This document shows, piece after piece, positions 27,660 to 38,371 of a DNA stretch of 51,143 bases. The stretch covers positions 1 through 51,143 of the IMG/VR virus record IMGVR_UViG_3300014656_000038, one strand, 5' to 3'. The notes below the pieces were generated by a model, which was given only the letters and a program-made list of their open reading frames with translations, ran no database searches and was not told the DNA's origin. Each line of letters opens with the position of its first letter. The stretch's first letter is position 1. The stretch comes from a virus (lineage: Duplodnaviria > Caudoviricetes). The translations under genes were made by a program, and so were the position numbers.

Positions 27660-28262
27660 ATGAATAAAGAGATTAGATTATCAGAATTAAGACTTAATAA
27701 CGAAAATGAAGAGATGGTTTTAGAAGGTTATGCCATCGTTTTTAACAAGGAAACTGTTATTGGGGATGAGAAACGTGGATTCATAGAACTTATAGATCGA
27801 AATGCTCTATTGTTGACCAATATGAAAGATGTCCCTCTCAAATATAATCACCAAGATAACTTTCTTGTTATTGCGAGAACACGTAATGAATCACTCACAC
27901 TAGAAGTGGATGATGTAGGTCTCAAAGTAAGAGCAAAACTACTGGATACTGCATCGAACCAGGACATTTACAAAATGGTTCAAAATAGGCTTCTAGATAA
28001 GATGTCTTTTGCTTTTAGTGTTAAAGAACAATCCTGGGATAGAAGTGGTGAAATCCCAAAAAGAACTATCAAGTCAATAGAAAGACTGTATGATGTCTCG
28101 ATTGTGGATACCCCAGCTTATGAAGATACATCGATATATGCTCGTAGTCTAGATACCATGGATATGGAATTAGATGCCTTGGATAAGGAAGAGATCAATC
28201 GAAAAACAAATCTTGTAAGAAAAAGACTAAACATAAAATTGAAAGGAACACTAACATTATGA
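27660..28262 (+). CDS. HK97-family prohead protease
   Basis: LEGYAIVFN, YNH, MSFAF, DVSIVDTPAYEDT. Confidence 0.93.
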   Translation: MNKEIRLSELRLNNENEEMVLEGYAIVFNKETVIGDEKRGFIELIDRNALLLTNMKDVPLKYNHQDNFLVIARTRNESLTLEVDDVGLKVRAKLLDTASNQDIYKMVQNRLLDKMSFAFSVKEQSWDRSGEIPKRTIKSIERLYDVSIVDTPAYEDTSIYARSLDTMDMELDALDKEEINRKTNLVRKRLNIKLKGTLTL

Positions 28263-29401
28263 ATGCAAATGTGCGTATGAAAGAAATTGAAGGGCGAATT
28301 GCAGAAATCAGAAAAATCTCGGATGCTGCATCGCTTGAAGAATTAGAAAATCTTGAATTAGAAGTGGATAAGTTAAATGAAGAAAGAAATGTCTTATCCA
28401 AAAAGATTGAAATAGCAAAGAAATTTGACCCAACTCCAGTGATTGAAACTAAGTCAGGTGGATTGCCAAAAGAAGCTCTTGAAAAGCGTGGACTCGATTT
28501 GCGTGAAAAACGCACTATTCAAGTATCACAAGATGAAATCTTATTACCTGAACACATCGATGGAAAACTAGCAGTTTATCCATTCAGTGAAGTATCAACA
28601 TTGGTCGATAACATCAAATTGGTTAACCTAGTTGGTGGAGAAACATATAAAAAGACCTTTGTTAAAGGTTCAGGAACGGCAGGATACACACAAGAAGGTG
28701 CTGATTACAATGAATCAGAGCCATCATTTGGCTATTTGACAATCACCAAGTGTAAGTTAACTGCTTACACTGAGATTACTGAAGAACTCGAAAAGTTGCC
28801 AGCAATCAATTATCAATCTGAAGTCATAAAAAATATCAAAACAAGTCTTAAAAAGAAGTTGTCTCTAGAAATCCTTAAGGGTGCAGGTGGATCTAATCAG
28901 TTCACTGGTATTTTTAGTCAAAATGCAACTGCTCTAGCAGATACTACTGATGTTGAAGTGTCAGAGATTAACGAAGACACACTCGATGACATCATTTACG
29001 CTTATGGTGGACCTGAAGAAGTTGAAGGCAGTGCCATTCTTATCCTAAGTAAAGCAGACCTTCGTGCTTTTGCAAGACTGCGTACTGAAGAAGGACGCAA
29101 GGTTCATACGATTGACTATGTGAATCATACCATTGATGGTATTTTCTATATCATCAACTCGAATTGTGAAGCAATTAGCAATTCAGCTACAACTACTGGA
29201 GCATATTGCATCGCATATGGTTCACTTAAAAACTATGAAACAGCAATCTTTTCACCAATTGAAATCAGCAAATCAACTGATTACAAGTTCAAACAAGGAA
29301 TCATTTGCTATAAGGCCTCTGTCTTTGCTGGTGGGAACGTTGTTGGGTACAAAGGATTTGTTCGTGTTAAAAAAGGTGCAGTAACACCAACTGGTGTATA
29401 G
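28259..29401 (+). CDS. Major capsid protein (HK97 fold)
   Basis: N-terminal coiled-coil delta domain; TQEG, ITEEL, ILKGAG; follows protease. Confidence 0.9.
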   Translation: MNANVRMKEIEGRIAEIRKISDAASLEELENLELEVDKLNEERNVLSKKIEIAKKFDPTPVIETKSGGLPKEALEKRGLDLREKRTIQVSQDEILLPEHIDGKLAVYPFSEVSTLVDNIKLVNLVGGETYKKTFVKGSGTAGYTQEGADYNESEPSFGYLTITKCKLTAYTEITEELEKLPAINYQSEVIKNIKTSLKKKLSLEILKGAGGSNQFTGIFSQNATALADTTDVEVSEINEDTLDDIIYAYGGPEEVEGSAILILSKADLRAFARLRTEEGRKVHTIDYVNHTIDGIFYIINSNCEAISNSATTTGAYCIAYGSLKNYETAIFSPIEISKSTDYKFKQGIICYKASVFAGGNVVGYKGFVRVKKGAVTPTGV

Positions 29402-29405
29402 TCCA

Positions 29406-29690
29406 ATGAGCGTTTCATCAAATTTACTGAACCTGGTAAAATCCTCATTGATGATTAGTGAATCCGAATCATTTGCGGACACTGAATTAAGCGCTCTAAT
29501 TGAAAGTGCACTCACCCTCGTTAAATCAACTGGGGTGAGTGATACTCATCTTTTAGACCACGATGTTCAAAGCCTGGTTCTCATTTATGTGAAGACCTTT
29601 TTCGGATTTAAAGGTGATGGTTCTGTAAAAGAATTACCTCAAGCATTCTATTTCCTTTTAAAACAAGTGTCCATATCTAAAGGTACTTAA
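29406..29690 (+). CDS. Head-tail connector (gp6-like)
   Basis: VKSSLMI...DTELSALIESA; position. Confidence 0.75.
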   Translation: MSVSSNLLNLVKSSLMISESESFADTELSALIESALTLVKSTGVSDTHLLDHDVQSLVLIYVKTFFGFKGDGSVKELPQAFYFLLKQVSISKGT

Positions 29691-29691
29691 T

Positions 29692-30021
29692 ATGCCATTC
29701 CCTAATAGTCCCAACACTAGATTGAACTTGATTTCTGTTCAGCAAGTTAGAGAAAAATACAAAGTATTGGCTAGCAGAGAAGTCATTGGAATTATCAGAT
29801 CACTCACCAGGGAAGAATGGAAAGTCTCAGTTGAAACCAAGATAAAAATAGAAATCAAAGTGCAGCTGAATACATTTTCTTATCAAGAAGAAAAATTAGT
29901 TAAGATGAACGATTCTTATTATCGTATTGAAAGAACCTTTTTTGGTGGTCAATATGTGGAACTCTATTTATCCAAAACTGGACTAAGTGATGGTGACTTC
30001 CTATGGGAACAATCAATTTAA
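29692..30021 (+). CDS. Head closure protein
   Basis: YQEE...YRIERT...VELYL; position. Confidence 0.7.
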   Translation: MPFPNSPNTRLNLISVQQVREKYKVLASREVIGIIRSLTREEWKVSVETKIKIEIKVQLNTFSYQEEKLVKMNDSYYRIERTFFGGQYVELYLSKTGLSDGDFLWEQSI

Positions 30022-30395
30022 CAGAACTTGCTGGAAAAATATCTGAACTTGTCAATGACTATTCCATTGAAACAAAAGAAACTATTCTTGAACGTGTGAA
30101 TCAGTGTGCAGATCAAATCCTATCCTACATTAAAGAAAATGCCCCAAGAAGTAATCAAATGGGTAAGCATCTTGCTGACTCGTTTATAAAAACAGAAGTA
30201 GGACAGGGAACAAACAAGATTATCTATATATCAAGTAAGACAAAATATCAACTCGTTCATTTGATTGAACTTGGGTTTAGACATACATCAGGTAAGCATA
30301 TCCCTGGGAGACCATTTCTACGGCCATCATATGATTACTTCACACCGAAAATGCTAGAAGAAATCAAGAGGATTATAATCAATGGCACTTCATAA
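30003..30395 (+). CDS. HK97 gp10-like tail component
   Basis: HLIELG...GRPFLRP. Confidence 0.82.
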   Translation: MGTINLTELAGKISELVNDYSIETKETILERVNQCADQILSYIKENAPRSNQMGKHLADSFIKTEVGQGTNKIIYISSKTKYQLVHLIELGFRHTSGKHIPGRPFLRPSYDYFTPKMLEEIKRIIINGTS

Positions 30396-30732
30396 CGATA
30401 TCATCTATAACACACTTACTGAAATTACGGATAACGTGTATTACCTATCTAATCGTAATGACAATACCGAAACGAGTAATCAGTTGCCCTATATTGTTTA
30501 TCAAATCATATCCAAAAGACCCATTACAGCTGATAACAAGGTCATTATCTATTCAGTTGAATATCAAGTGACACTAGTTACAAGGTCACGAAATGAAGCG
30601 TTGGTTTACCTTTTTGAAGAAACTTTTAATCAGAAGGAAATCATACCAGTCCTGGTTAGCACATATCAAAACGATGATTATTCGATCAATCGTGTTTATC
30701 AAATCAACATCTTATCCAAAGGAGGATATTAA
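30382..30732 (+). CDS. Tail terminator-like protein
   Basis: LPYIVY motif; precedes major tail protein. Confidence 0.7.
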   Translation: MALHNDIIYNTLTEITDNVYYLSNRNDNTETSNQLPYIVYQIISKRPITADNKVIIYSVEYQVTLVTRSRNEALVYLFEETFNQKEIIPVLVSTYQNDDYSINRVYQINILSKGGY

Positions 30733-30734
30733 AC

Positions 30735-31307
30735 ATGTCACAAAACAAAGTCACATTCGGATTAAAGAATGTTCACTACTCCAAAGCGACACAATCAGAA
30801 GATGGGTCATGGATTTTTGTAACACCGGTCGCCTTACTTGGTGCTCAAGAGTTCTCAAGTGAAATTATTGGTGGAAGTCAATCCATTTATGCAGATGATT
30901 CAGTGATCGCAACTCTAGTTCAAAATGCCGGAAGAAACATTACCCTTAAGTTATCAGAACTATCAGACACATTTAAAGTGGACATTTTAGGTTATAAGAA
31001 GCTTGTTAATGGAAACTTAGTGGAAGTTACAAACAATGGTGTAGAAACATTTGCACTTGGTTTCGAGTTCCAAGGAGATGCCAAAGCAAGACGTGTATGG
31101 TTTTATCTATGCTCGGTAACACCTGTCAATGAAGCTACAAAAACAAAAGGTGAATCTGTGGAAGCAAACTCCATCACACTTAGCATTGTAGCTAGACCAA
31201 TAGAGGTAGGTAACTACTTGGTGACTCATGTGATTGCAAACCTTGGAGATATCAATTATCAGACATTCCTTGAAGCATCACCTGTATTACCTACTTTTGG
31301 TAGTTAG
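30735..31307 (+). CDS. Major tail protein (phi13-like)
   Basis: NKVTFGLKNVHY, YADD, FALGFEFQGD. Confidence 0.88.
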   Translation: MSQNKVTFGLKNVHYSKATQSEDGSWIFVTPVALLGAQEFSSEIIGGSQSIYADDSVIATLVQNAGRNITLKLSELSDTFKVDILGYKKLVNGNLVEVTNNGVETFALGFEFQGDAKARRVWFYLCSVTPVNEATKTKGESVEANSITLSIVARPIEVGNYLVTHVIANLGDINYQTFLEASPVLPTFGS

Positions 31308-31317
31308 GAGTATCTAC

Positions 31318-31662
31318 ATGGAAAAAACACTGCATATTCAAGATATGGATTACAAACTCAAATCAAGTCTTTTTACGATAATTTCATATAAAAGCACCTT
31401 TGGTACGGAATTGTTTTCTGATATCTCTGTATTAGATCAATTGTCTCAACATAATAATTTATCTGCTTTATCCACAGTGATTGATGTCATCTTTAGAATC
31501 ACATACATTCTTCATAAGCCATTTACCAAATCAAGCTATGATGAATTTCTTCAGGGATTTGATTTCGCTGTCTTGAGCAATACAGTAGAACTAGAAACCA
31601 TCGCAAACACTATTGCAGAACTGCTTGGTACTGTCAAAGAAGGTAGCAATACAAAAAAGTAG
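31318..31662 (+). CDS. Tail assembly chaperone (G)
   Basis: AGGAG RBS, between MTP and TMP, ends at slippery A AAA AAG. Confidence 0.8.
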   Translation: MEKTLHIQDMDYKLKSSLFTIISYKSTFGTELFSDISVLDQLSQHNNLSALSTVIDVIFRITYILHKPFTKSSYDEFLQGFDFAVLSNTVELETIANTIAELLGTVKEGSNTKK

Positions 31663-31844
31663 ATAACATTCCCATCACCGCATCCATCATTTATAACTTA
31701 GCAAAACTAGGTATTCAAATCAGTGAGAGTCAGTTCTTTGATATCAATACTTATGGAGAAATCGTTAACATCGAACTAGAGACACATGGTGGGGTGGGAA
31801 GTCGAAATGCAACTCAATCTGATATAGATAAATTTTTGTTATAG
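31659..31844 (+). CDS. -1 frameshift extension of tail chaperone (GT)
   Basis: Open -1 frame VDNIPITASIIYNLAKLGI...ATQSDIDKFLL ending just before TMP. Confidence 0.8.
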   Translation, partial: VDNIPITASIIYNLAKLGIQISESQFFDINTYGEIVNIELETHGGVGSRNATQSDIDKFLL

Positions 31845-31859
31845 AAAGAAGGGAACATC

Positions 31860-34256
31860 GTGGCAGAGACCATTAAAGGTTTAAACATCAAGCTTGGTCT
31901 TGACACGACCGAACTGGATAGAAACTTAAAAGAAATTACTGCAGAACTGAAAGAAGAGCAAAAAGACTTAAAAGCCATCAATAATTCTTTAAAGTTTGAC
32001 AGTTCCAATCTTTCACTTTGGAAAGATAAGCAAGACAAACTAAATCAAACCCTAGAGACTTCAAAGAAAAAATTAGAAGCACAAAATGCGAAACTTGAAG
32101 AAGCAAAGAAAGCAGTTAAGATTGGTGCAATTTCAGAACAAGAATTCAATGCTTTAAAACGTTCAGTTCAATACACTGAAGCAGATATCAACAAACTAAA
32201 CAACGAGCTTGAGATGACTGCTAAAAAGATTAAGTCACTCGGTGCTATCAATGTTGAAAAACTTGCTAAAGTAGGTTCATCCATGACAAAGTATGTGACT
32301 GCACCGATTCTAGGTGCTGTTTCTGCTTTAAGTGCATTGACTGTGAAATCGATGCAGACAGCCGATGCAATTGCTGATAATGCATCAAAAGTTTACTTAT
32401 CTGTAGAAGCCTATCAAAAATGGAGTCATGCCTTTAAAATCCTTGCAGTTGATGAAACAACAATGCAAAAAGCATTCGTCAAACTAAATGGTGTACTAGG
32501 CGATATTGTTACTGGCAACGGATCTAAATATGAAGATTACTTAAGTCAAATAGGGTTAACGACAAACGATTTGATTGGTCTTAATAGTGACCAAGCATTC
32601 GATCTCATTCGTGATAGTTTATCAAATCTAGAAGATGCAACTTTGAGAGTTGCCATAGCAAATCAAATCTTTGGAGATAAAGTAGGAGCTGAACTCGCTC
32701 AAGTTATTGAAGCGACTTCCAATGAAGTTGAAGGCTTAAAAAACGAAGCGGTTGAACTCGGAATAGTTACTGCAAAAGAAGCAGAAACTGCAGGAAGTTT
32801 CAATGATTCATTAGATAAGCTAAAACAATCATTGACAAGTTTAAGCGTTACAATCGGTGTGGCTTTTCTTCCAGTTCTCCAATCAATTGTTGATACCATT
32901 CAAGAAAGAGTAGTTCCAGCACTGAGAAATGTTGCAAATTGGTGGAATAATCTATCTTCATCAACAAAAAAAATAATTGGTATTCTAGTGGTTTTACTCG
33001 CTAGCATTGGACCTATATTAGTCATTGTTGCAAAAGCAATCCCATTGTTTGTACAACTCAAAAGTGTGCTCAGTATCTTTAAAGGTGCAGAACTTTTCAA
33101 AGGATTGGCAATTGGTAAACTTGCTATTATCGGTCTTGTCGCAGCTCTTGTTGTACTACTGCTAAAAAACGAAAAGTTTCAGGAGTTATTGAAAAAGGTA
33201 TTCGATGCGATTCAGAAACTCTTAGTTCCGATTACAGAACTCATAACGAAATTGAGTTCTCATTTAGCCCCAGTGTTTGAAGTTCTTATGGGAATCGTTG
33301 AAGCTTTAATCAATAATTTTGTTGAACTCTTGGAAGGAGTTATGGATCCACTCATTGACATCTTAGATGTTGTAATTATTGTAGTCAGTGAATTAGCAAA
33401 TGCATTCATGGGATTGCTTGAAGAACTATTACCCCCATTGATATCTATTTTGAAAATGTTGTCCAGTGTTATCGTTTCGCTTATCCCTTTCATTCAAATA
33501 GTAGTTGAACTAGTTGGGAATGTTTTATCCACAGTTCTTGTTGTACTATTCCAGTTACTAGAGCCAGTCAAAGCAATCATTGAAGTAATCATTGGTGTCC
33601 TTAGCATCATTATGGTTGCTATTGCGAACCTGGTAACTTCATTTATAGAACCACTCAATCGTGTACTAGAAGTCCTAGGAGCCCTATTTAAAGTGGTTTC
33701 AGATGTAATCTTAATCCTTGTTGATATTCTTGTACAAATCCTAACCCCTATCTTAGATATCTTAATTGCAATCCTAGAACCAATCCTTGAGTTAATCACA
33801 ATCATCATTGAAGCAATAGCAGGAGTAATGGTTCTCTTGATGCCACTGATAGACCTACTCTTAGCTCCACTAATTTCACAACTTGACTTCATAAAGTTTT
33901 TACTTGAAGCATTTAGTCCATTATTGAAATTGATAGGAGATGTCATAGGTGTGTTACTAGCACCAGCCCTTAGACTTCTATTGGCAGTTTTAGAACCTGT
34001 TCTATGGTTGCTCACAAAAATAATTGATGCAGTCAAATGGATTATCGATAACATCGCAAAAGCATTTGATGGAGTTGGAAAGGTTTTTGGTAAAGTAGGA
34101 AATTTCTTTGGAGATTTATTTTCAGGGAAAATCTTTCAGACAAACTCAAATTCATCCAACAGTAGTTACACAACGAACAATTTGACTGTTAATACATCTT
34201 CTTCAAGTATAGACATTGATGCTTTGAATCGAGCACTTGGAGGCGCATATCTATGA
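31860..34256 (+). CDS. Tape measure protein
   Basis: IKGLNIKLGLDTT start, coiled coil, long amphipathic Pro-punctuated repeats. Confidence 0.92.
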   Translation: MAETIKGLNIKLGLDTTELDRNLKEITAELKEEQKDLKAINNSLKFDSSNLSLWKDKQDKLNQTLETSKKKLEAQNAKLEEAKKAVKIGAISEQEFNALKRSVQYTEADINKLNNELEMTAKKIKSLGAINVEKLAKVGSSMTKYVTAPILGAVSALSALTVKSMQTADAIADNASKVYLSVEAYQKWSHAFKILAVDETTMQKAFVKLNGVLGDIVTGNGSKYEDYLSQIGLTTNDLIGLNSDQAFDLIRDSLSNLEDATLRVAIANQIFGDKVGAELAQVIEATSNEVEGLKNEAVELGIVTAKEAETAGSFNDSLDKLKQSLTSLSVTIGVAFLPVLQSIVDTIQERVVPALRNVANWWNNLSSSTKKIIGILVVLLASIGPILVIVAKAIPLFVQLKSVLSIFKGAELFKGLAIGKLAIIGLVAALVVLLLKNEKFQELLKKVFDAIQKLLVPITELITKLSSHLAPVFEVLMGIVEALINNFVELLEGVMDPLIDILDVVIIVVSELANAFMGLLEELLPPLISILKMLSSVIVSLIPFIQIVVELVGNVLSTVLVVLFQLLEPVKAIIEVIIGVLSIIMVAIANLVTSFIEPLNRVLEVLGALFKVVSDVILILVDILVQILTPILDILIAILEPILELITIIIEAIAGVMVLLMPLIDLLLAPLISQLDFIKFLLEAFSPLLKLIGDVIGVLLAPALRLLLAVLEPVLWLLTKIIDAVKWIIDNIAKAFDGVGKVFGKVGNFFGDLFSGKIFQTNSNSSNSSYTTNNLTVNTSSSSIDIDALNRALGGAYL

Positions 34257-35074
34257 GAAAGTTTATCCTAGAGAACAAATATGGTGTCACTTTTCAGTTC
34301 ACGTACTTCAATAAAGTGCTATTTACTAATATTAGTGGTTTGGGGTTTTCAAAGAATTATACCTATCTAAAATATGAAAATCACTTCAGCACGTTAAAAA
34401 ACAACTTTGAACTATCTGAAATCCGAGGAGTTATTACTTTCCTAGATGGATACCAGGGATATAAAAAAATGCTATCTTTCCTTGAAAAAGGACAACATGA
34501 CATGAAGCTTCACTACGAGAGTCATGATACGAAATACTGTTATGTAGATATTGTTTCTCTGACAAAAACAGAACTCAAAGCTGGTGGATTACAATCCGAG
34601 ATTGTACTCAACAAAAAATCATTTTGGATAAAGGAAAGAAGTGTTCTGATCACTTCAAATGTTGATACTGGTGGAAAGATATACCCATATACCTATAGTT
34701 TTATCTATTCAAATGCATCCATGGGATTAAGCAACGTTGAAATTGGAGGACATATTAAAGCCAATGTAGTAGTTGAAATGATTGGATCGATTGATGAACC
34801 TGAACTGCTTGTCAAAAGAAGCGGAGTAGTCACGGATGAATTAAGATTACTGATGAATAGAACCGATGCACACATAGTCATTTCTAGTTTGATTCAAGAC
34901 TTGACGATGTACGAAATTATCAATGAAGAAAAACATGACATCTATCGATATCAAGATTTTGATAAAGAAAATTTACTGTGGATAGAACCTGGTGCGATTG
35001 AGTTTGAGTTTAAGCCAGGAGTTTCAGAACAAACTATCTGTAAAATCAAAATATTCGAGTACTACCTGGGGTAA
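34253..35074 (+). CDS. Distal tail protein (Dit-like)
   Basis: Position after TMP; KIYPYTY motif. Confidence 0.7.
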   Translation: MRKFILENKYGVTFQFTYFNKVLFTNISGLGFSKNYTYLKYENHFSTLKNNFELSEIRGVITFLDGYQGYKKMLSFLEKGQHDMKLHYESHDTKYCYVDIVSLTKTELKAGGLQSEIVLNKKSFWIKERSVLITSNVDTGGKIYPYTYSFIYSNASMGLSNVEIGGHIKANVVVEMIGSIDEPELLVKRSGVVTDELRLLMNRTDAHIVISSLIQDLTMYEIINEEKHDIYRYQDFDKENLLWIEPGAIEFEFKPGVSEQTICKIKIFEYYLG

Positions 35075-35077
35075 ACT

Positions 35078-36199
35078 ATGGAACTCATCATACTCGATAA
35101 AAAAACTTTTCAAATCAAAGATCATGTTAACGTATCAGATGCATTCGAAATCAAACTCGACTTGGTTATATCCCAAAAATCTACATTTAAGTTATCCACC
35201 ATCACAGTTAACGCAGCCATCAAAGATATTGTCTATCTACACACTAGTGAGTTTAACTACATAGGTATTATAGAGAGCATTGATGATGAAGATGATGGAC
35301 TTGTCATCGGCACAGTTGAATTCAAAGAGATGTTAAAGAAAAGTATCAAAGTTAATTCCTATTCAGGTATCCTTGCAGATTACATTGAAACATTGGTCAG
35401 ACAAGAATTTGTAACCAATGATGATAACAAGGAGAACATAACATATCTTAGCATCAGTAAAGAAACATCAAAACTTGGAGAATTAGCATTCGAAGATGAC
35501 AAAATCATGACCATTCATGAAGTCATGGAACTGATATCAAAGAGTTATGGTGTCAACATCAAAGAAGAAATAGTAATCCAAAATGGAGTACTTGTTGGTA
35601 TATTGCTAAGAATAATCAATGTCAGTCAAGGTGTTAAGTTAAAAGGCGACCAATTAGCACTTGCAGACTTGGTCATTAACGATACAACTGAAACTTCAGT
35701 TAACAAAGTCATCTACTATCCTAAAAGTGAAAATGTGATTCACATGGATATTAAGATTTACTACTTGCTTCTTGATGGAACTGTTACTCAAGATTTGACA
35801 CATCCCTTAAGGTTTACTGATGTTCAATCAGTCGCTAAAACTTATGGTGATAATGATTTTGATACATTATTTAGCAAGGCACAAAGTGAGCTGAGTATAA
35901 CAAGAACCAATCATCAAATCACATTTACTGTCAATATAGATCACAAGATTATTAGAGTCTTTGATAACGTGAATTTGGGTGATTTCATAGAGTTTCGATT
36001 TAAAGGAAAACTATATGATTCAATCGTCACAGGAATAAAGTTTCAAAACCAAATGCTTTCATGCCAAATCACACTTGGTGAATACCGAATAAAACTTACA
36101 GAAAAAATCCAAATTTTAAGCAAGAGTGTGAACTCGCAAATTGGACATATATCGATTAACAAAAGTAGTACCACAGATTTAGATGGAGGTGAATACTAA
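35078..36199 (+). CDS. Tail/baseplate hub protein (Tal-like)
   Basis: Position; NLGD...ITLG end motif; terminal DLDGGEY. Confidence 0.65.
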   Translation: MELIILDKKTFQIKDHVNVSDAFEIKLDLVISQKSTFKLSTITVNAAIKDIVYLHTSEFNYIGIIESIDDEDDGLVIGTVEFKEMLKKSIKVNSYSGILADYIETLVRQEFVTNDDNKENITYLSISKETSKLGELAFEDDKIMTIHEVMELISKSYGVNIKEEIVIQNGVLVGILLRIINVSQGVKLKGDQLALADLVINDTTETSVNKVIYYPKSENVIHMDIKIYYLLLDGTVTQDLTHPLRFTDVQSVAKTYGDNDFDTLFSKAQSELSITRTNHQITFTVNIDHKIIRVFDNVNLGDFIEFRFKGKLYDSIVTGIKFQNQMLSCQITLGEYRIKLTEKIQILSKSVNSQIGHISINKSSTTDLDGGEY

Positions 36200-36979
36200 A
36201 TGGGATTACAAAAAATAACCTTTGAAGGCGGAAATGTATCTGCCAAGAAAGATGCTGACTTATATTACTTTCTATTTTCAAATCGAATTGGCATATTAAA
36301 AGGTATCAAAAGTGGAGTAACTTATACACTCTCAAACAATACAATAACCTTTCAAGATGGTTATATCGCGGTGTATGGAAGATTGATTTATGTTGAAAAC
36401 AATACTTCGATACTGGTCAGTCCTGATTCAACAAAGAATGGTTATGTCATCCTTGGAGTTGATACAAACTCAAATGAAGTCAGTATGTATCTTAAAGAAC
36501 AAACAAGTGGTTTTCCAACACTTGCACTTAATCAACTAATCAATGGAGATGGCATTTATGAGTTCCCCCTAGCATCTTATTCGAAAACATCCACATCAGT
36601 AACTTTAACTCCAAACTTTGAACGACCAGTGATTACATCATATGCTGAGATGATTTATAATCTAGAACTGAAAATTCGCTCAGATCTCGAACCTAGAGTC
36701 AAAACGCCATCCACGATATCACCAGGTGTATTTAGAATCACAGATACCTCATCCTATGAACTCTATCGTTCAATCCTATTGATCACTATAGGAAACTCAA
36801 ATATTGTGACAGTGCCTGGTGCAAGTTTGTTTTATCAAATAGGGTCATCAAATAGTATAACTTACAGTATTTATGGTTCAACATTCTCACTTTATCTCAA
36901 GTACGAAAATGGGTACTTAACAATGACTTGTGGTAGCACAACACACATCATTAATAAAGTCATCATTTATAAACTATAA
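36200..36979 (+). CDS. Baseplate/minor tail protein
   Basis: GYIAVYGR, YEFPLASY; position. Confidence 0.6.
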   Translation: MGLQKITFEGGNVSAKKDADLYYFLFSNRIGILKGIKSGVTYTLSNNTITFQDGYIAVYGRLIYVENNTSILVSPDSTKNGYVILGVDTNSNEVSMYLKEQTSGFPTLALNQLINGDGIYEFPLASYSKTSTSVTLTPNFERPVITSYAEMIYNLELKIRSDLEPRVKTPSTISPGVFRITDTSSYELYRSILLITIGNSNIVTVPGASLFYQIGSSNSITYSIYGSTFSLYLKYENGYLTMTCGSTTHIINKVIIYKL

Positions 36980-36996
36980 GAAGGGAAACAAAAAAT

Positions 36997-37683
36997 ATGG
37001 CGATTATACAAATTAAACGGAGAACATCTGCTGGAACTGGACCACTCATTGGATCAGCAGGAACAATTAAAGCTGGTGAACCACTAGTCGATTTAAATGG
37101 TGGCAACCTCTATGTATCAAAACAAGATAAAACAGGTACTGCAGGTAATCCTTTAGCGGTAGCAGATTACATCGAATACTTGAATAAAGCAAATGCAGAA
37201 ACGAGTATGGATTCAAAAATCACAGCACTCGCATTAGGTACTGCATCGAAGAAAAATACAGGTACAACCAATGGAACTGTACCATTGATTGGCTCAGATG
37301 GAAAACTACCATCATCAATCATCCCGGATGTTAGTCCAGTCACCTCGGTAAACGCTAAAACTGGAGCTGTAACGATTACTTTATCCGAATTGGGTGGTGT
37401 ATCGACAACGGCATATAATGCCCACGTATCAAGCAATCTTCACTTAACAGATGACCAAAGAACTCGAATTGCAAATGCCAAGAATGTTTCCGTATCAGCG
37501 AGTACTGCTATGGTATTTACAGATACAAAAACAAACTTCTTAGCGAAAACAATCACTTCAGGGTTAGTACTCTTTAAAGAAATAAATACAACTTACACAC
37601 CAAATAAAGAAATCTTTTTCGTTGGTCTTGATAAGGATGTTGTATTGACACACGCATCAACTATTGATGGTGGAACGTATTAA
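36997..37683 (+). CDS. Tail fibre protein 1
   Basis: IQIKRR...AGEP N-terminal module, VTSVNAKTG repeat, terminal IDGGTY. Confidence 0.65.
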   Translation: MAIIQIKRRTSAGTGPLIGSAGTIKAGEPLVDLNGGNLYVSKQDKTGTAGNPLAVADYIEYLNKANAETSMDSKITALALGTASKKNTGTTNGTVPLIGSDGKLPSSIIPDVSPVTSVNAKTGAVTITLSELGGVSTTAYNAHVSSNLHLTDDQRTRIANAKNVSVSASTAMVFTDTKTNFLAKTITSGLVLFKEINTTYTPNKEIFFVGLDKDVVLTHASTIDGGTY

Positions 37684-38369
37684 TGGCAATTATTCGTGTT
37701 AAAAGAGGTACTGCTAATCCGACAACTTCAAATTTGCTTTATGTAGGCGAAATGGGGTTTAATACTACAACCAATGAACTGTTCATTCGAGGCAATTCAT
37801 CTGTAGTAAAAGTAGGTGGTGGTATTGGAGAACTTGTATATTCCTATCAAGGAACATTGTATTATCAAACTGTCTCACACATTTTCGACAACAACTACAT
37901 CTATGAAATTTACATTCTCGCATCTACAGCTGGAACAGTGAGTGATACTTCATCTTCATATATTAACTATATGTCTTCAGGAGGCTCTTACTTCCTAGGT
38001 AGTTACATGAGCCTAAGATACGATGATGACTACAATACTGGACTAACCAGGATGAGCGGAAGAGCAGCAAGCACGTTCTATATAAACGATCAGTTCTCAG
38101 GTAGCAAAACACCAACATTTGGAATCACGAAAACAATCACCCTAGAGTTAATCCCAACCTTTCAATCCAACACCACAACTACCTACAGTTGGGTTGCAAA
38201 AGGGAAATCTATTACAACGCTATCTGATGACTCAAGCCCAACAGTTGCTATAGCAGAATTTGTCCACGTGATTGATGGAGAAATCGGTAGACTTTATATT
38301 AATCCTGGATTGAACCTTGGTTCTCCAGATACACTTCAAATCTCAATTTATAGAAAGAAGAGGACATAA
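37683..38369 (+). CDS. Tail fibre / receptor-binding protein 2
   Basis: IRVKRGT..P...GEMGF N-terminal module; beta-rich C-terminus. Confidence 0.65.
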   Translation: MAIIRVKRGTANPTTSNLLYVGEMGFNTTTNELFIRGNSSVVKVGGGIGELVYSYQGTLYYQTVSHIFDNNYIYEIYILASTAGTVSDTSSSYINYMSSGGSYFLGSYMSLRYDDDYNTGLTRMSGRAASTFYINDQFSGSKTPTFGITKTITLELIPTFQSNTTTTYSWVAKGKSITTLSDDSSPTVAIAEFVHVIDGEIGRLYINPGLNLGSPDTLQISIYRKKRT

Positions 38370-38371
38370 CA

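Noticed and set aside
32699-34054. Antisense ORFs within the tape measure gene, and similar short shadow ORFs elsewhere in the track
   Set aside because: Opposite well-supported genes, no RBS, explained by codon bias
37683-38369. Diversity-generating retroelement target (Mtd-like N-terminus)
   Set aside because: No reverse transcriptase and no TR/VR repeat pair seen
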